Source of the DNA: Candidatus Hermodarchaeum yapensis | GTDB lineage: Archaea > Asgardarchaeota > Hermodarchaeia > Hermodarchaeales > Hermodarchaeaceae | Length of the DNA stretch: 63,064 bases | Direction: 5' to 3' | Assembly: GCA_016840405.1 (NCBI GenBank) | Contig: JAEOSK010000014.1 | Coordinates: 1-63,064 of the forward strand | Part shown: positions 49,603 to 58,761 of the stretch, in pieces | How positions within the stretch are numbered: position 1 is the stretch's first letter | How the letters are laid out: each line of letters begins with the position of its first letter | Position numbers and translations under genes: made by a program | Notes under the pieces: model-generated | What the model saw: the letters and a program-made list of their open reading frames with translations, nothing else | What the model was told of the DNA's origin: nothing | Databases searched by the model: none

Positions 49603-50355
49603 TCAGCGGGGAAAGGCATAGGGTTGGTAGTATTCCAGATTTACAATAATGCAATTCGTTATGGAAGCTGCATAATTGACAAAGAACACTTGTCTACTCA
49701 GCTCTGTGTAATGAATTGGAACGAAGTAACGCGGTTGGATAACCTCCAAGCTTTCAACCACTTGGTCACCACTATTGCAATCGATGCATAATAACGCCAC
49801 ATCAATTGTTCCCGTTAGTTGGGAGTACTCTTCGATATTCCTGGAATCGCCAGCGTGGAAAATGTTGAACCCTCCCACATCAATGATATAGCTCGTCCAA
49901 TTGTTCTCTCGAGGATGAACTGATGGAATTGAATCTACCACAGGATAATACGCATAGAAAGCGGTGACATGGATGGATCCGAATTCTATTTCATCTCCCG
50001 GATTGACGCCCACCCCCTCATAGAAGGCAATCGCATCCGACATATTCTCTGGAAACACATTTACTGTGCCCTCTTTTTGCAGCAAGTCAATGGATGTATT
50101 CTGATAATGGTCAAAATGGGGATGGGTAATCAGTACCACATCCGCGGGTAATGCTTCAAAGCTCTCAGGAAGATTATAGGGGTCTACATAGATACGTAAC
50201 CCATAGGCTTCAATTTTCACACCCGCGTTGTAGAGTAATTGAAACTGCACTGAATTTGCGTTCATCACCATGAACGCGGAGAGGGGAACAACCACCGCGA
50301 TAACTGCAATGACTCCGACACCGATAATGATCTTTGCTCGTTTCGATAGTTTCAT
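49603..50355 (-). CDS. Membrane-anchored MBL-fold metallohydrolase (copy A)
   Basis: N-terminal TM, THPHFDH, FHAGDS, PIHY. Confidence 0.88.
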   Translation of the reverse strand: MKLSKRAKIIIGVGVIAVIAVVVPLSAFMVMNANSVQFQLLYNAGVKIEAYGLRIYVDPYNLPESFEALPADVVLITHPHFDHYQNTSIDLLQKEGTVNVFPENMSDAIAFYEGVGVNPGDEIEFGSIHVTAFYAYYPVVDSIPSVHPRENNWTSYIIDVGGFNIFHAGDSRNIEEYSQLTGTIDVALLCIDCNSGDQVVESLEVIQPRYFVPIHYTELSRQVFFVNYAASITNCIIVNLEYYQPYAFPR

Positions 50356-50381
50356 GGGCTTTTCGTAGTATTTCGGAATCC

Positions 50382-50411
50382 TATATTTGCATGGAAGCCG
50401 GTCAGTGCGGA
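50382..50411 (-). promoter_or_regulatory. Conserved promoter block of MBL copy A
   Basis: TATATTTGCATGGAA.CCGG..AGT.CGGA shared with 51447-51476, about 27 nt from the ATG. Confidence 0.65.
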
Positions 50412-50552
50412 TTATGGCATCAATTCGTTAACTCAGGTAAAAACCGACCCCAATTAGTTCGGGAAAAGAACAAGACTTCTGTAATCTAATAAACTACATT
50501 TAACAGAAGTGAGTCTTGAAGGTAAACTGTCCTAAGAATACGTGTTCAGGTA

Positions 50553-50607
50553 GGTTGAGACAACCACCTCGTCCCGCAGGGCAGAGAAACGAGGTGGTCG
50601 TCTAACC
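50553..50607 (-). other. Long intergenic RNA hairpin (3' of MBL copy B)
   Basis: 18-bp stem 50558-50575/50586-50603; all three plus-strand A.C mismatches are G.U pairs on the minus strand. Confidence 0.55.
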
Positions 50608-50656
50608 GATAGCACTAGGGTCTCTTGGTCTGCTGGTACTATAGTGCTTGGGAAGG

Positions 50657-51421
50657 TTAAGGGGGAAAGAGGTACGATTGGTAGTATTCCAGATTAACCA
50701 GCAGGCAGCTGGTTATCAAAGGACCATATGTGGTGGCGAAATCATGGTTTGCGCCTTCCGCATAATGGATCGGTACGAAGAAGCGGGGTTGAATGACGTC
50801 GAGGGCATCAACAATTTCTTCGTTCGCCATGGTCTGACATCCTGGACCTAAGGGGAGTAAGGCCACGTCAATCAGACCCGTCAGCTGAGTATATTCATCG
50901 ATGTTTTTAGAATCACCCGCATGGAAGAAGGTCACGCCACCAACAGTGATGAGGTAGCTCGTCCAATTCGCTTCATAGGGATGACTGGCAGGGTATTCTC
51001 CAACAGGGAACGTGTACATGTAAAACGCTGTAATCTGAACAGGTCCTACCTGCACCTCATCTTCTGGATTAACACCTACCCCATCATGCAGGGCAATGGC
51101 ATCGCTCATGTTCTCCGGGAAAATATTCACCGTCCCCTCTTTCTGCAGCATCTCAATCACTGCACTCTGATAATGGTCACCATGCGGATGAGTCACGAGA
51201 ATGATATCCGCTGGTAATGCCTCATAGTCTGCGGAGAGGTCGATGGGATCGACGTATACACGGACGCCCTGAGCCTCAATCATCACTCCTGCATTATATA
51301 ACAACGTGAATCGCACAGAATTCGCATTCGTAACGGCTAATGCTGCCAATGGCACAGAAACTGAGACAATGGCAATAATTGCTACACCAACGAGTATCTT
51401 TCCACGTGTAGATAGGCTCAT
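50657..51421 (-). CDS. Membrane-anchored MBL-fold metallohydrolase (copy B)
   Basis: N-terminal TM, THPHGDH, FHAGDS, PIHY; colinear paralog of copy A. Confidence 0.88.
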   Translation of the reverse strand: MSLSTRGKILVGVAIIAIVSVSVPLAALAVTNANSVRFTLLYNAGVMIEAQGVRVYVDPIDLSADYEALPADIILVTHPHGDHYQSAVIEMLQKEGTVNIFPENMSDAIALHDGVGVNPEDEVQVGPVQITAFYMYTFPVGEYPASHPYEANWTSYLITVGGVTFFHAGDSKNIDEYTQLTGLIDVALLPLGPGCQTMANEEIVDALDVIQPRFFVPIHYAEGANHDFATTYGPLITSCLLVNLEYYQSYLFPP

Positions 51422-51446
51422 AGTTCCCGCATTCTAAAAAGGGTAA

Positions 51447-51476
51447 TATATTTGCATGGAATCCGGCTAGTTCGGA
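51447..51476 (-). promoter_or_regulatory. Conserved promoter block of MBL copy B
   Basis: TATATTTGCATGGAATCCGGCTAGTTCGGA, containing TCCG-N7-CGGA. Confidence 0.65.
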
Positions 51477-51539
51477 ATTCGTCACCCATCACACAAAATC
51501 GGAACAGATTCGAACCACGCGGTTAAGTTTCACACCCAC

Positions 51540-52439
51540 TCACTGAGCATGACGCGTAATAGCCGCAATAATCTGCGGGGCAACTTCCGCAGGAATGTCG
51601 TGTCCCATCCCTTCAATGATCAACAGCTTCGCACCAGGAATCGATGCGGCGGTATCCTTGCCACCCTCTACAGGCACCAGCGGATCCGCATCACCATGAA
51701 TTACCAAGGTGGGCACCTTCACCACTTTTAGTGCCTCTTTGCGGCTGCCCGATGCGAGAACCGCTGCAAGTTGTCGGGTCATCCCCTCAGGGTAGTAACA
51801 TCGGTCAAACGCCCGCGCTGCATATTGCCGCACAAACTCCTCATCTAACGGATACTTCGAACCCCCTAAGATCTGCTGCTTCTTCACTGCATCCTCAATG
51901 CATTCCGCCCGATCTGATGGCGGCACATCCATAATCACAGCTAACGCCTCAGGCTTCGGAGTCGACACGGATACATCACCGGTCGTCGACATAATCGACG
52001 TCATAGTCCGAACCCGATCCGGATGCTCAATCGTCATGGTTTGCACAATCATACCACCCATCGATGCACCCACAATATGCGCCTTCTCAATTTTTAGCAC
52101 ATCGAGTAGTCCTACTGCATCACCCGCCATATCGGAGAGGGTATACGGAGCTGAAGCCCCTTCACCCTGTTGAACGGCTTGCATTAGTGCTAGAACGTTC
52201 GGTACACCCGCATCGCCAAACTTTGTCGAGTTACCCACATCCCGGTTATCAAACCGAATCACCCAAAACCCCTGCGCCGCCAAGGTCTTACAAAACTCCT
52301 CATCCCACCAAATCATCTGCGCACCCAACCCCATCACCAATAACAAAGGAGGGTCACTCGGGTTGCCAAAGGTATCATAGGCGAGTTCCACGCCATTCAC
52401 TTTCACAATTGCTTCCATACTCTGTACAACATTTCCCAT
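51540..52439 (-). CDS. Alpha/beta hydrolase
   Basis: FDNRDVG, GASMGG nucleophile elbow, HGDADPL, GMGHD. Confidence 0.92.
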   Translation of the reverse strand: MGNVVQSMEAIVKVNGVELAYDTFGNPSDPPLLLVMGLGAQMIWWDEEFCKTLAAQGFWVIRFDNRDVGNSTKFGDAGVPNVLALMQAVQQGEGASAPYTLSDMAGDAVGLLDVLKIEKAHIVGASMGGMIVQTMTIEHPDRVRTMTSIMSTTGDVSVSTPKPEALAVIMDVPPSDRAECIEDAVKKQQILGGSKYPLDEEFVRQYAARAFDRCYYPEGMTRQLAAVLASGSRKEALKVVKVPTLVIHGDADPLVPVEGGKDTAASIPGAKLLIIEGMGHDIPAEVAPQIIAAITRHAQ

Positions 52440-52497
52440 AACAATCCCACAATAATATCCTAAGAAAGTATTCAGATTTAATCATGATGGTTTCGTT

Positions 52498-53811
52498 TTA
52501 TGGTGAAACTGATGGTTCTTGGAGTGATTCAGGTTCTAGTTCTTCTTCCTTGGTCACTTCATTTTCTTCTAGGCTCTCTTCGACGCGGGGGAGTGAGGTG
52601 AAAGTCCAGCCAAGTGCCAGGACAATGACCATGGCGCTGCCGAAAACAAGGAAGACCAATGGGATTGGATAGATGGTTCCCAGGATGCCCCCGGCGAGGA
52701 AGGCGAAGGGGCCAGTGAATTGGGCGATGGTGGTGCGGACGGAGAAGACGCGGCCAATCTTTTCGGGGGGTGTGACTTTTTGCCAGATGGTTTGGCTGGA
52801 GATGTTGGCGACAGGGAGGGTGAAGCCGATGAGGAACATGCCGGCGCTCGCGATCCAGAAGAGGCCCGGAGGTGTGAGTGCCAGGACAATCAGACCGACT
52901 GCTCCGAAGAGTAATCCTAACACGACACCCAAGGTGTTGCGTTTGAAGCCTTTCCACACGGTCATGATGCCGGAGGCGATCATCATGCTGAGGCTTTGAA
53001 TGGACATAAGACCCGCAAGTAATAAAACGGCGATTGTTGCATCGCCACCCGCTAAGACGATGGTACTGTAGAGGGGTAGGAGTACAAACACGCCAGGCAA
53101 TAGAAAGTTTGCCACGGTGAACATGCTGAGCAATGTGAGAAGCCCTGGACGGTTTCGGATAAAGGTGAAGCCTTCTCCAAATTCTTTCCGTAAGGAGGGC
53201 TTCTCTACGGCTTTCTTGATTATTATTGGAATGGCAATCAGGATGGCTGGAATAATGGCGGCGATGTAGGTGCCAATATCGATGAGCATAATCCGTGCCA
53301 TATCGCCTAAAAAGAAGGTAAATACCAAGGCGCCGATGACCGGTCCTACAGTCTGAATAAGGCTGGTGGCAAAGTATTGTAAACTGTTCATCCGACTCAA
53401 ATGGTCCTTCGGCACCATGATGGGCATAATCGCTTGCACGGCCATGGCATGAAAGGCACCAATCATGCCACCGATGAGCTGGACAATGAGCACGAAGATG
53501 ATGTTCGCTAAATCTAAGAAAAAGATAACGACGAGGATCAAGCTCAGCAATGCCAGCAAAGAGTCAGCTACGATGATGACTTTCTTTCGGGACCATCGGT
53601 CAACCAGCACACCAGCAATTGGGGTGATTAAGATGAAACTGCCAAAAGCGAAAAAGGCGGATAACCCTAAGAAGAAGGCGCTGCCCGTCTGGACGGTGAT
53701 CCACCAGGTCAGGCTGAAATTTACAACGTTGGTGCCTGCTAATGAGGCTAGCTGGCCTGCCCAGAAGATGAGGTAATTCCGGAACGTGGATCGATCAGGT
53801 TCTGCCATCAT
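52498..53811 (-). CDS. MFS transporter (MefA/DHA3-like efflux)
   Basis: WAGQLASLAG, GVLVDRWSRKK, about 12 TM helices, GRVFS. Confidence 0.9.
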   Translation of the reverse strand: MMAEPDRSTFRNYLIFWAGQLASLAGTNVVNFSLTWWITVQTGSAFFLGLSAFFAFGSFILITPIAGVLVDRWSRKKVIIVADSLLALLSLILVVIFFLDLANIIFVLIVQLIGGMIGAFHAMAVQAIMPIMVPKDHLSRMNSLQYFATSLIQTVGPVIGALVFTFFLGDMARIMLIDIGTYIAAIIPAILIAIPIIIKKAVEKPSLRKEFGEGFTFIRNRPGLLTLLSMFTVANFLLPGVFVLLPLYSTIVLAGGDATIAVLLLAGLMSIQSLSMMIASGIMTVWKGFKRNTLGVVLGLLFGAVGLIVLALTPPGLFWIASAGMFLIGFTLPVANISSQTIWQKVTPPEKIGRVFSVRTTIAQFTGPFAFLAGGILGTIYPIPLVFLVFGSAMVIVLALGWTFTSLPRVEESLEENEVTKEEELEPESLQEPSVSP

Positions 53812-54048
53812 CTCTCAACTCACGATTTGCTCACATTGCCTACTTCGACCTTATGAAGCTTCTCATTATTTGAAATTGACTTCTTAGGAGCTAAGAAAGA
53901 ATAGTTTCAAATGCGTGTAGGTGTGTTCTATTATGGATGGTTGGCTTCCCACTGGTTTAATTAGATGTTGACTGATTACATTCGATAGTTGCTAAAAACC
54001 GGTTAATTTATATGCGAGGAGTTGCCAATTTCTGGTTAACAGAGGGAA

Positions 54049-54564
54049 ATGCCAAAACAAAACTGCTCAAAGAAAAAACTGGAGGACGACCCCACGTTCA
54101 CTTCACTCCGCTATCCAACCGCAACCCAAGGGAAAATCTGGTTACAACGTCGCCAAAACATTCCACCGTCCAAAATCGCTGACGAACTCGAAGTGTCACG
54201 TCCATTCGTAAGCAAAGCGCAACGGATTGCTGAAACCCGCATCGGCACACTGCTCGAACATGCCGCATCAATTAACCGAGTACAACTCCGCCATCTCAGT
54301 ACTAGCTATGGCATCGCCATCGGCTACAGTGCCCCCTATGCCAGCGACGCCTTTATTCTCTACTCGCCGTCCATCGGGGTGCAAATCTGGTTCGATCACG
54401 AAGGCGAATGTGAGACCTGCAGCCAACTCGCTGAATGCAAACAGACGCTCCTCCTGCTTGCGGAAGAATGGGAAATCTCTATCGATGAAGATCAAACCCC
54501 TAATGACCTGGCACAGAACCTGTTTGAAACCATCAAGAAGCGACTAGAATGGAACGACAAATAG
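54049..54564 (+). CDS. Putative HTH regulator with C-terminal Cys cluster
   Basis: PSKIADELEVSRPFVSK HTH and H.GEC..C....EC; divergent from the MFS gene. Confidence 0.65.
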   Translation: MPKQNCSKKKLEDDPTFTSLRYPTATQGKIWLQRRQNIPPSKIADELEVSRPFVSKAQRIAETRIGTLLEHAASINRVQLRHLSTSYGIAIGYSAPYASDAFILYSPSIGVQIWFDHEGECETCSQLAECKQTLLLLAEEWEISIDEDQTPNDLAQNLFETIKKRLEWNDK

Positions 54565-54751
54565 AAGAAAAGCATCACCAACATCAAAACGAACGCAATT
54601 ATCCACTCCAAGTTAGGGATGCGATCCTTCGGATAAAATCCATTTACCAATATCGAATCTTGCGAAATCAAACATTCTTTGGACAGTCTGTTTCAGCATA
54701 TCAAATCCTTCTGTAACAGAATAGCAAATCAATACAAAAGGAGGATCGATA

Positions 54752-55927
54752 ATGTCTCACATGAATAAGCGAACTGTAATCCGGCTATTTTTGGTAAGTA
54801 TCTCATTGCTTCTCTGTGTTTCACTGCTTGCATCCACAAGCCGGACCGCAGCAGAATTACTCCCTGGGTATGTGCCCATTTGGGTGGATATGAACCCGTC
54901 AACGGAGCCAGGTCCCAGAATTAGTTCGCCATTATCCTATGATAGCACTGCAGACCGAGTGATCCTTTTCAGCGGATGGTTCCAACCTGGCGGAGGGATA
55001 ACGGCAACCAATGATACCTGGGTCTACAATTACAACACGAATGAATGGACTAACCGGTCACCGTCAACTCAACCTCCCAGACGCGCCGGGCATGGACTCG
55101 CCTATGATAATGAATCAGATCGTACAATCCTGTTTAGTGGTTGGGAATCTGGGTCTGGTGGCACGCTTGTCCACTGGGTGGATACTTGGGCCTATGATTA
55201 TTCATCAAATACTTGGACTAACATGAGTCCTGTAGTTACTCCTCCTGGGAAATTAGCACCGAGTATGGCATACGATAGTGAATCCGATCGGGTCATTCTC
55301 TTTGGAGGATTAGATGATGGAGCAACCTATAGCGGTGACACCTGGGCTTATGACTTCAATACAAACAACTGGACGCTTATGAGTCCAAGCACTCATCCCT
55401 CTGACCGTTTTGATGCTCCCATGACTTATGATAGTGAGTCAGATCGAGTAATCATGATAGGAGGATGGAATGCGGGTGGATTCATTGATGAGGTATGGGC
55501 TTATGACTTCAATACGGATACTTGGACGCTTGTAGACCCTGGAATTGAGCCATCAGCCATTGGTGCATTGACTTATGACTCTGCATCTGATCGCGTCATT
55601 GCCTTTGGAGGAAGCGAAGATTTGCCTGAAACCATACTAAGCCAAGAAACCTGGCTGTATGATTTCGACACAAATACGTGGACACAGATGTTGCTTTCAA
55701 GCTCTCCTCCAGCCCGTGCTCGACCTTATCTTGCTTATGACAGTGAATCCGATGTGACGATTCTCTTTGGTGGGAAGGGCGCGAATGGCTTTGAAACGGC
55801 CATGGGGGACACCTGGGCTTACTACTACATCCCTGATGATGGTGGTATCATCATTATCATTATTACTGCTGTGGTCATTACCGTAGTCATCATTGTGGTT
55901 GTTATCTGGTACCGGAGGAGGGGGTAA
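54752..55927 (+). CDS. Secreted, membrane-anchored Kelch-repeat beta-propeller protein
   Basis: Six YDSESDR.ILF(S/G)G...TW.YD..TN.WT repeats, signal peptide, C-terminal TM plus RRR. Confidence 0.9.
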   Translation: MSHMNKRTVIRLFLVSISLLLCVSLLASTSRTAAELLPGYVPIWVDMNPSTEPGPRISSPLSYDSTADRVILFSGWFQPGGGITATNDTWVYNYNTNEWTNRSPSTQPPRRAGHGLAYDNESDRTILFSGWESGSGGTLVHWVDTWAYDYSSNTWTNMSPVVTPPGKLAPSMAYDSESDRVILFGGLDDGATYSGDTWAYDFNTNNWTLMSPSTHPSDRFDAPMTYDSESDRVIMIGGWNAGGFIDEVWAYDFNTDTWTLVDPGIEPSAIGALTYDSASDRVIAFGGSEDLPETILSQETWLYDFDTNTWTQMLLSSSPPARARPYLAYDSESDVTILFGGKGANGFETAMGDTWAYYYIPDDGGIIIIIITAVVITVVIIVVVIWYRRRG

Positions 55928-55950
55928 TCGCCTCCTCCGTCTCCCTTTTT
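55914..55950 (+). terminator. Hairpin plus T-tract overlapping the stop
   Basis: GGAGGAGG/CCTCCTCC followed by CTTTTT. Confidence 0.45.
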
Positions 55951-55993
55951 AAGGAATCAGTGACAAATGCGCAGATAATTGGTGGTGGTTGGA

Positions 55994-56734
55994 ATGAGTC
56001 GTCGAATCACTGGTGATGAAGACTTTTATGGGCGAATTAGTCCCTGTCCAATTCCTCCAAATCCGTCAAAAAAACGAATAGAAACTAATCCTGGAACTTC
56101 GTCATCCAGATGGTTAGTGAGTGGAAGGGCAATCTGGAGTTGGTTAGTCTCTCCACAATTTGCGGGCTGGTGTGGTATTGGTGCAACGGTTAGTGTTTTC
56201 CTTAGTATCACTCTTGCTTATTTGTACTGGGGTTATCCTGGTATTTCTCCTGCTCGACCTTTCTCCTTGGCGCATATCGCCTACGGTCTTGCTGGACCGC
56301 TCATTGTCATTCTCATGATACAAGTATTACGTATCCAACATCAGTATGGATCCTATCTGGGCCGAATCGCTGGTGTATTTGGGATTCTCATGGGTTTTGT
56401 GATAATATTCCAGGCATTGGTTCGTGCTGGGACTCCTTTAGGTGATATCATTAACCCTTTGGTATATCGGTTTAGTTGGTTATGGGTGCTTATTTTGCCA
56501 GTGTTATTGGGTTATGTGTTTTCTCCTATATTTCTTCGACTGGATAGGAAATCAGGAGCCCTTTTCTTTTTGGGACTAGGGTTTGGTGCTCTCTCAGCGT
56601 ATTCCAGTCTTTATATCATGGCAACCGGATTTATTCCCACAATAATTGTAGGGGTTTTCATGAATATTGTATTCATGGGCTACATAATTGCATTTTCACT
56701 AATTCTCGTGATTCGCGGGGACAATCTAATCTAG
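55994..56734 (+). CDS. Hypothetical polytopic membrane protein
   Basis: About six hydrophobic helices after a Pro-rich N-terminus. Confidence 0.6.
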   Translation: MSRRITGDEDFYGRISPCPIPPNPSKKRIETNPGTSSSRWLVSGRAIWSWLVSPQFAGWCGIGATVSVFLSITLAYLYWGYPGISPARPFSLAHIAYGLAGPLIVILMIQVLRIQHQYGSYLGRIAGVFGILMGFVIIFQALVRAGTPLGDIINPLVYRFSWLWVLILPVLLGYVFSPIFLRLDRKSGALFFLGLGFGALSAYSSLYIMATGFIPTIIVGVFMNIVFMGYIIAFSLILVIRGDNLI

Positions 56735-57101
56735 CCCTGTGAAAACCCATGGATGTCTAATCGTCTAGCGATCAATAAACGAAAAAAAGAAGCTACCTTC
56801 TCTAGCGTTTTATGATTTTTTGATTGGTTGTCGAATGACGGTTCGGAGATTTTCTGGAACGGTTTTTCGGAAATCGCTGAGGTAGATTTCGTGGTGTTTG
56901 CCGTCTTCGCGAAGAATTTCCATGTATTATTAGGTGAATATGGCGCGAACATTGCTTATTATAAATACATGGCTTAATGCGAAAAAACCGCTCTAGGCTG
57001 TATTAAACATTGACAAACTACTCTATTTATAAGGAGAATACGTATGCCTGATAGTAATTACTTCTCCAGAAGAAGTAATTGCAAATCTGAAAAATAATTA
57101 G

Positions 57102-57479
57102 GTGAAAAAATTGGCTGATCGTCCATTGGGCGTAACAATTATCGCCATTCTACAACTACTCGGATCGCTAGCTGGGCTTGCACTTGGTGCTCTCATGCTA
57201 ATGACAGGTTTGGCCATCCCACTCTTAGGGATTTTCTTGATCGCCATTGGAGTCTTCATGGTTATCTGGGCTATCATTGGTATACTACTGTTCTGGGGAC
57301 TCTGGGGTCTGAAAGGCTGGGCCTGGATGATTACGATGATCTGGAACATCATTCAGCTAATCCTTAGCGTCTATAACTTCTATACTTCTGGCTTTACCGA
57401 CTATATGCAGTTGATCAACATTATCCTCCCACTCATCATCGTCATCTACCTCTTCTTCGTCCGAGACGCCTTCCGATAG
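57102..57479 (+). CDS. Small archaeal-type membrane protein (DUF2127/DUF7144-like)
   Basis: RPLGVTIIAIL, GLWGLKGWAW, IVIYL...VRDAF. Confidence 0.8.
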   Translation: MKKLADRPLGVTIIAILQLLGSLAGLALGALMLMTGLAIPLLGIFLIAIGVFMVIWAIIGILLFWGLWGLKGWAWMITMIWNIIQLILSVYNFYTSGFTDYMQLINIILPLIIVIYLFFVRDAFR

Positions 57480-57508
57480 ACCAACCCGAGTTTTACACTC
57501 CTTTCATT

Positions 57509-57542
57509 GGTGCCCCGTTGGGGCACCTGTCATTATTTTTTT
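57509..57542 (+). terminator. GC hairpin plus T-tract
   Basis: GGTGCCCC-GTT-GGGGCACC followed by TTATTTTTTT. Confidence 0.65.
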
Positions 57543-57783
57543 CTGAAGCCAATGTAACATTCGTAGCTTTGTTTAAGATTAATCGGATAGACTTTCTGTC
57601 CAACGGAAATTTGGGTCGGTGAAAAATTGGCTTGCTTCATTTCAGATTCAATTTAGAATATTTGACTGCTGAAAATTGAACGTGATTACGATTCTTAAAG
57701 GAGCGGAAGAGAACCAGATTCACCTGGTGATATTTTCGATTCGATGTGAGTTAAGTAGAAGGAACTTATGTTGGGTGAACACT

Positions 57784-58344
57784 TTGCGGACGCTCATCGT
57801 TTTCGGGACACGCTATGGCGCAACATCACAGACGGCTGCTGAAATCGCTAAGGTTCTAGAAGACGCGGGGTTTGAGGTATACGTCGTCGACCTTGCAAAG
57901 GAATCGGTTGACAATCTCCACACCTTTGATTTGATCATCATCGGGAGTGGAGTCAAGAAACGATGGACGCGTGAGGCGCGTCGGTTCCTGAAAAGAAACC
58001 GGAAAGTGCTTCAAGGAAAGAAGACCGCATTGTTCATTTCTTCGGGCTGGCCTGCCATATTACGTGCTGAAGGCAACATGGCACAGATTGAAGAAATCCG
58101 GCAGACGCATCTGGTTGAAATGGCGAACGACCAGAAGCTTCAACCGTTTGCTCTGGGGCTCTTCAATGGGATTTGGGAATTTCCGGATACCGATAGTTTC
58201 GGCCGGAAGTGGTACAAGGATGTCCTGGAACGTATTGAGAAACTCGGGTTCGAAGGTGAGGATGATTACTATGACTTCCGTGACTGGGATGTGATTCGTC
58301 AATGGGCACGGGAATTAGTGAAGAAAGTCCGTGAAGAAGCGTGA
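57784..58344 (+). CDS. Flavodoxin-domain protein (HemG-like)
   Basis: GTRYGAT...A.EIA..L, IIIGS, DFRDWD.IRQWA; likely TTG 57784. Confidence 0.8.
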   Translation: MRTLIVFGTRYGATSQTAAEIAKVLEDAGFEVYVVDLAKESVDNLHTFDLIIIGSGVKKRWTREARRFLKRNRKVLQGKKTALFISSGWPAILRAEGNMAQIEEIRQTHLVEMANDQKLQPFALGLFNGIWEFPDTDSFGRKWYKDVLERIEKLGFEGEDDYYDFRDWDVIRQWARELVKKVREEA

Positions 58345-58739
58345 TGAATATGGTGAAAGTTGAGAAGAGAGAGGCGATTAGCAAATTGCTCGAGCGGTAT
58401 TTCGAAGGGAACAAAGAAATCAATGCCGAAAAGATTCTTTCCACCTGGCATAAGGATGCCAAGATTATCTCCACGGAGCGAATTATCGGCATGGAAGGGT
58501 GGGTCGAATTCGAAGACCACTACAAGAAGCGAATAGGTGGGGATCTTGGTAAATGGGACATCAACTTCACCGTCGTCTCAATCGATGTGTTCAAGACCTG
58601 TGCGATCGTTCGCGTCGATGTCGAGTATCGTGTGGACCAAGATGTGTTTGGTGAAACCCAGTTCCTGAACCTGCTGAAAGATGAGAAAGGCTGGCTCATT
58701 TACAGCAAAATCTTCACCTTTTACCCCCTCCCCAAGTAA
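58341..58739 (+). CDS. NTF2-like (lumazine-binding-2 type) protein
   Basis: YFEG, WH.DAK, F.NLLK...GWLIYSKIF; GTGA overlap with the upstream gene. Confidence 0.75.
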   Translation: MMNMVKVEKREAISKLLERYFEGNKEINAEKILSTWHKDAKIISTERIIGMEGWVEFEDHYKKRIGGDLGKWDINFTVVSIDVFKTCAIVRVDVEYRVDQDVFGETQFLNLLKDEKGWLIYSKIFTFYPLPK

Positions 58740-58761
58740 CTGAATATGATGGTGGACGCAA

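Noticed and set aside
49447-50550. 10-bp inverted match CCTGAACACG/CGTGTTCAGG flanking MBL copy A as terminal inverted repeats
   Set aside because: Short, no target-site duplication or transposase; likely coincidence
52559-52999. Overlapping alternative-frame ORFs in the GC-rich MFS 3' half, and similar antisense ORFs over uvrA, mmsA and alkD
   Set aside because: Shadow ORFs from codon bias with no recognisable motifs
54880-55830. DNA repeats such as GGGCTTATGACTTCAATAC as an array or DGR template
   Set aside because: They are in-frame Kelch blade repeats; no reverse transcriptase nearby
56731-56952. 73-aa minus-strand ORF in the spacer
   Set aside because: No motif or clear promoter; cannot be supported without homologs
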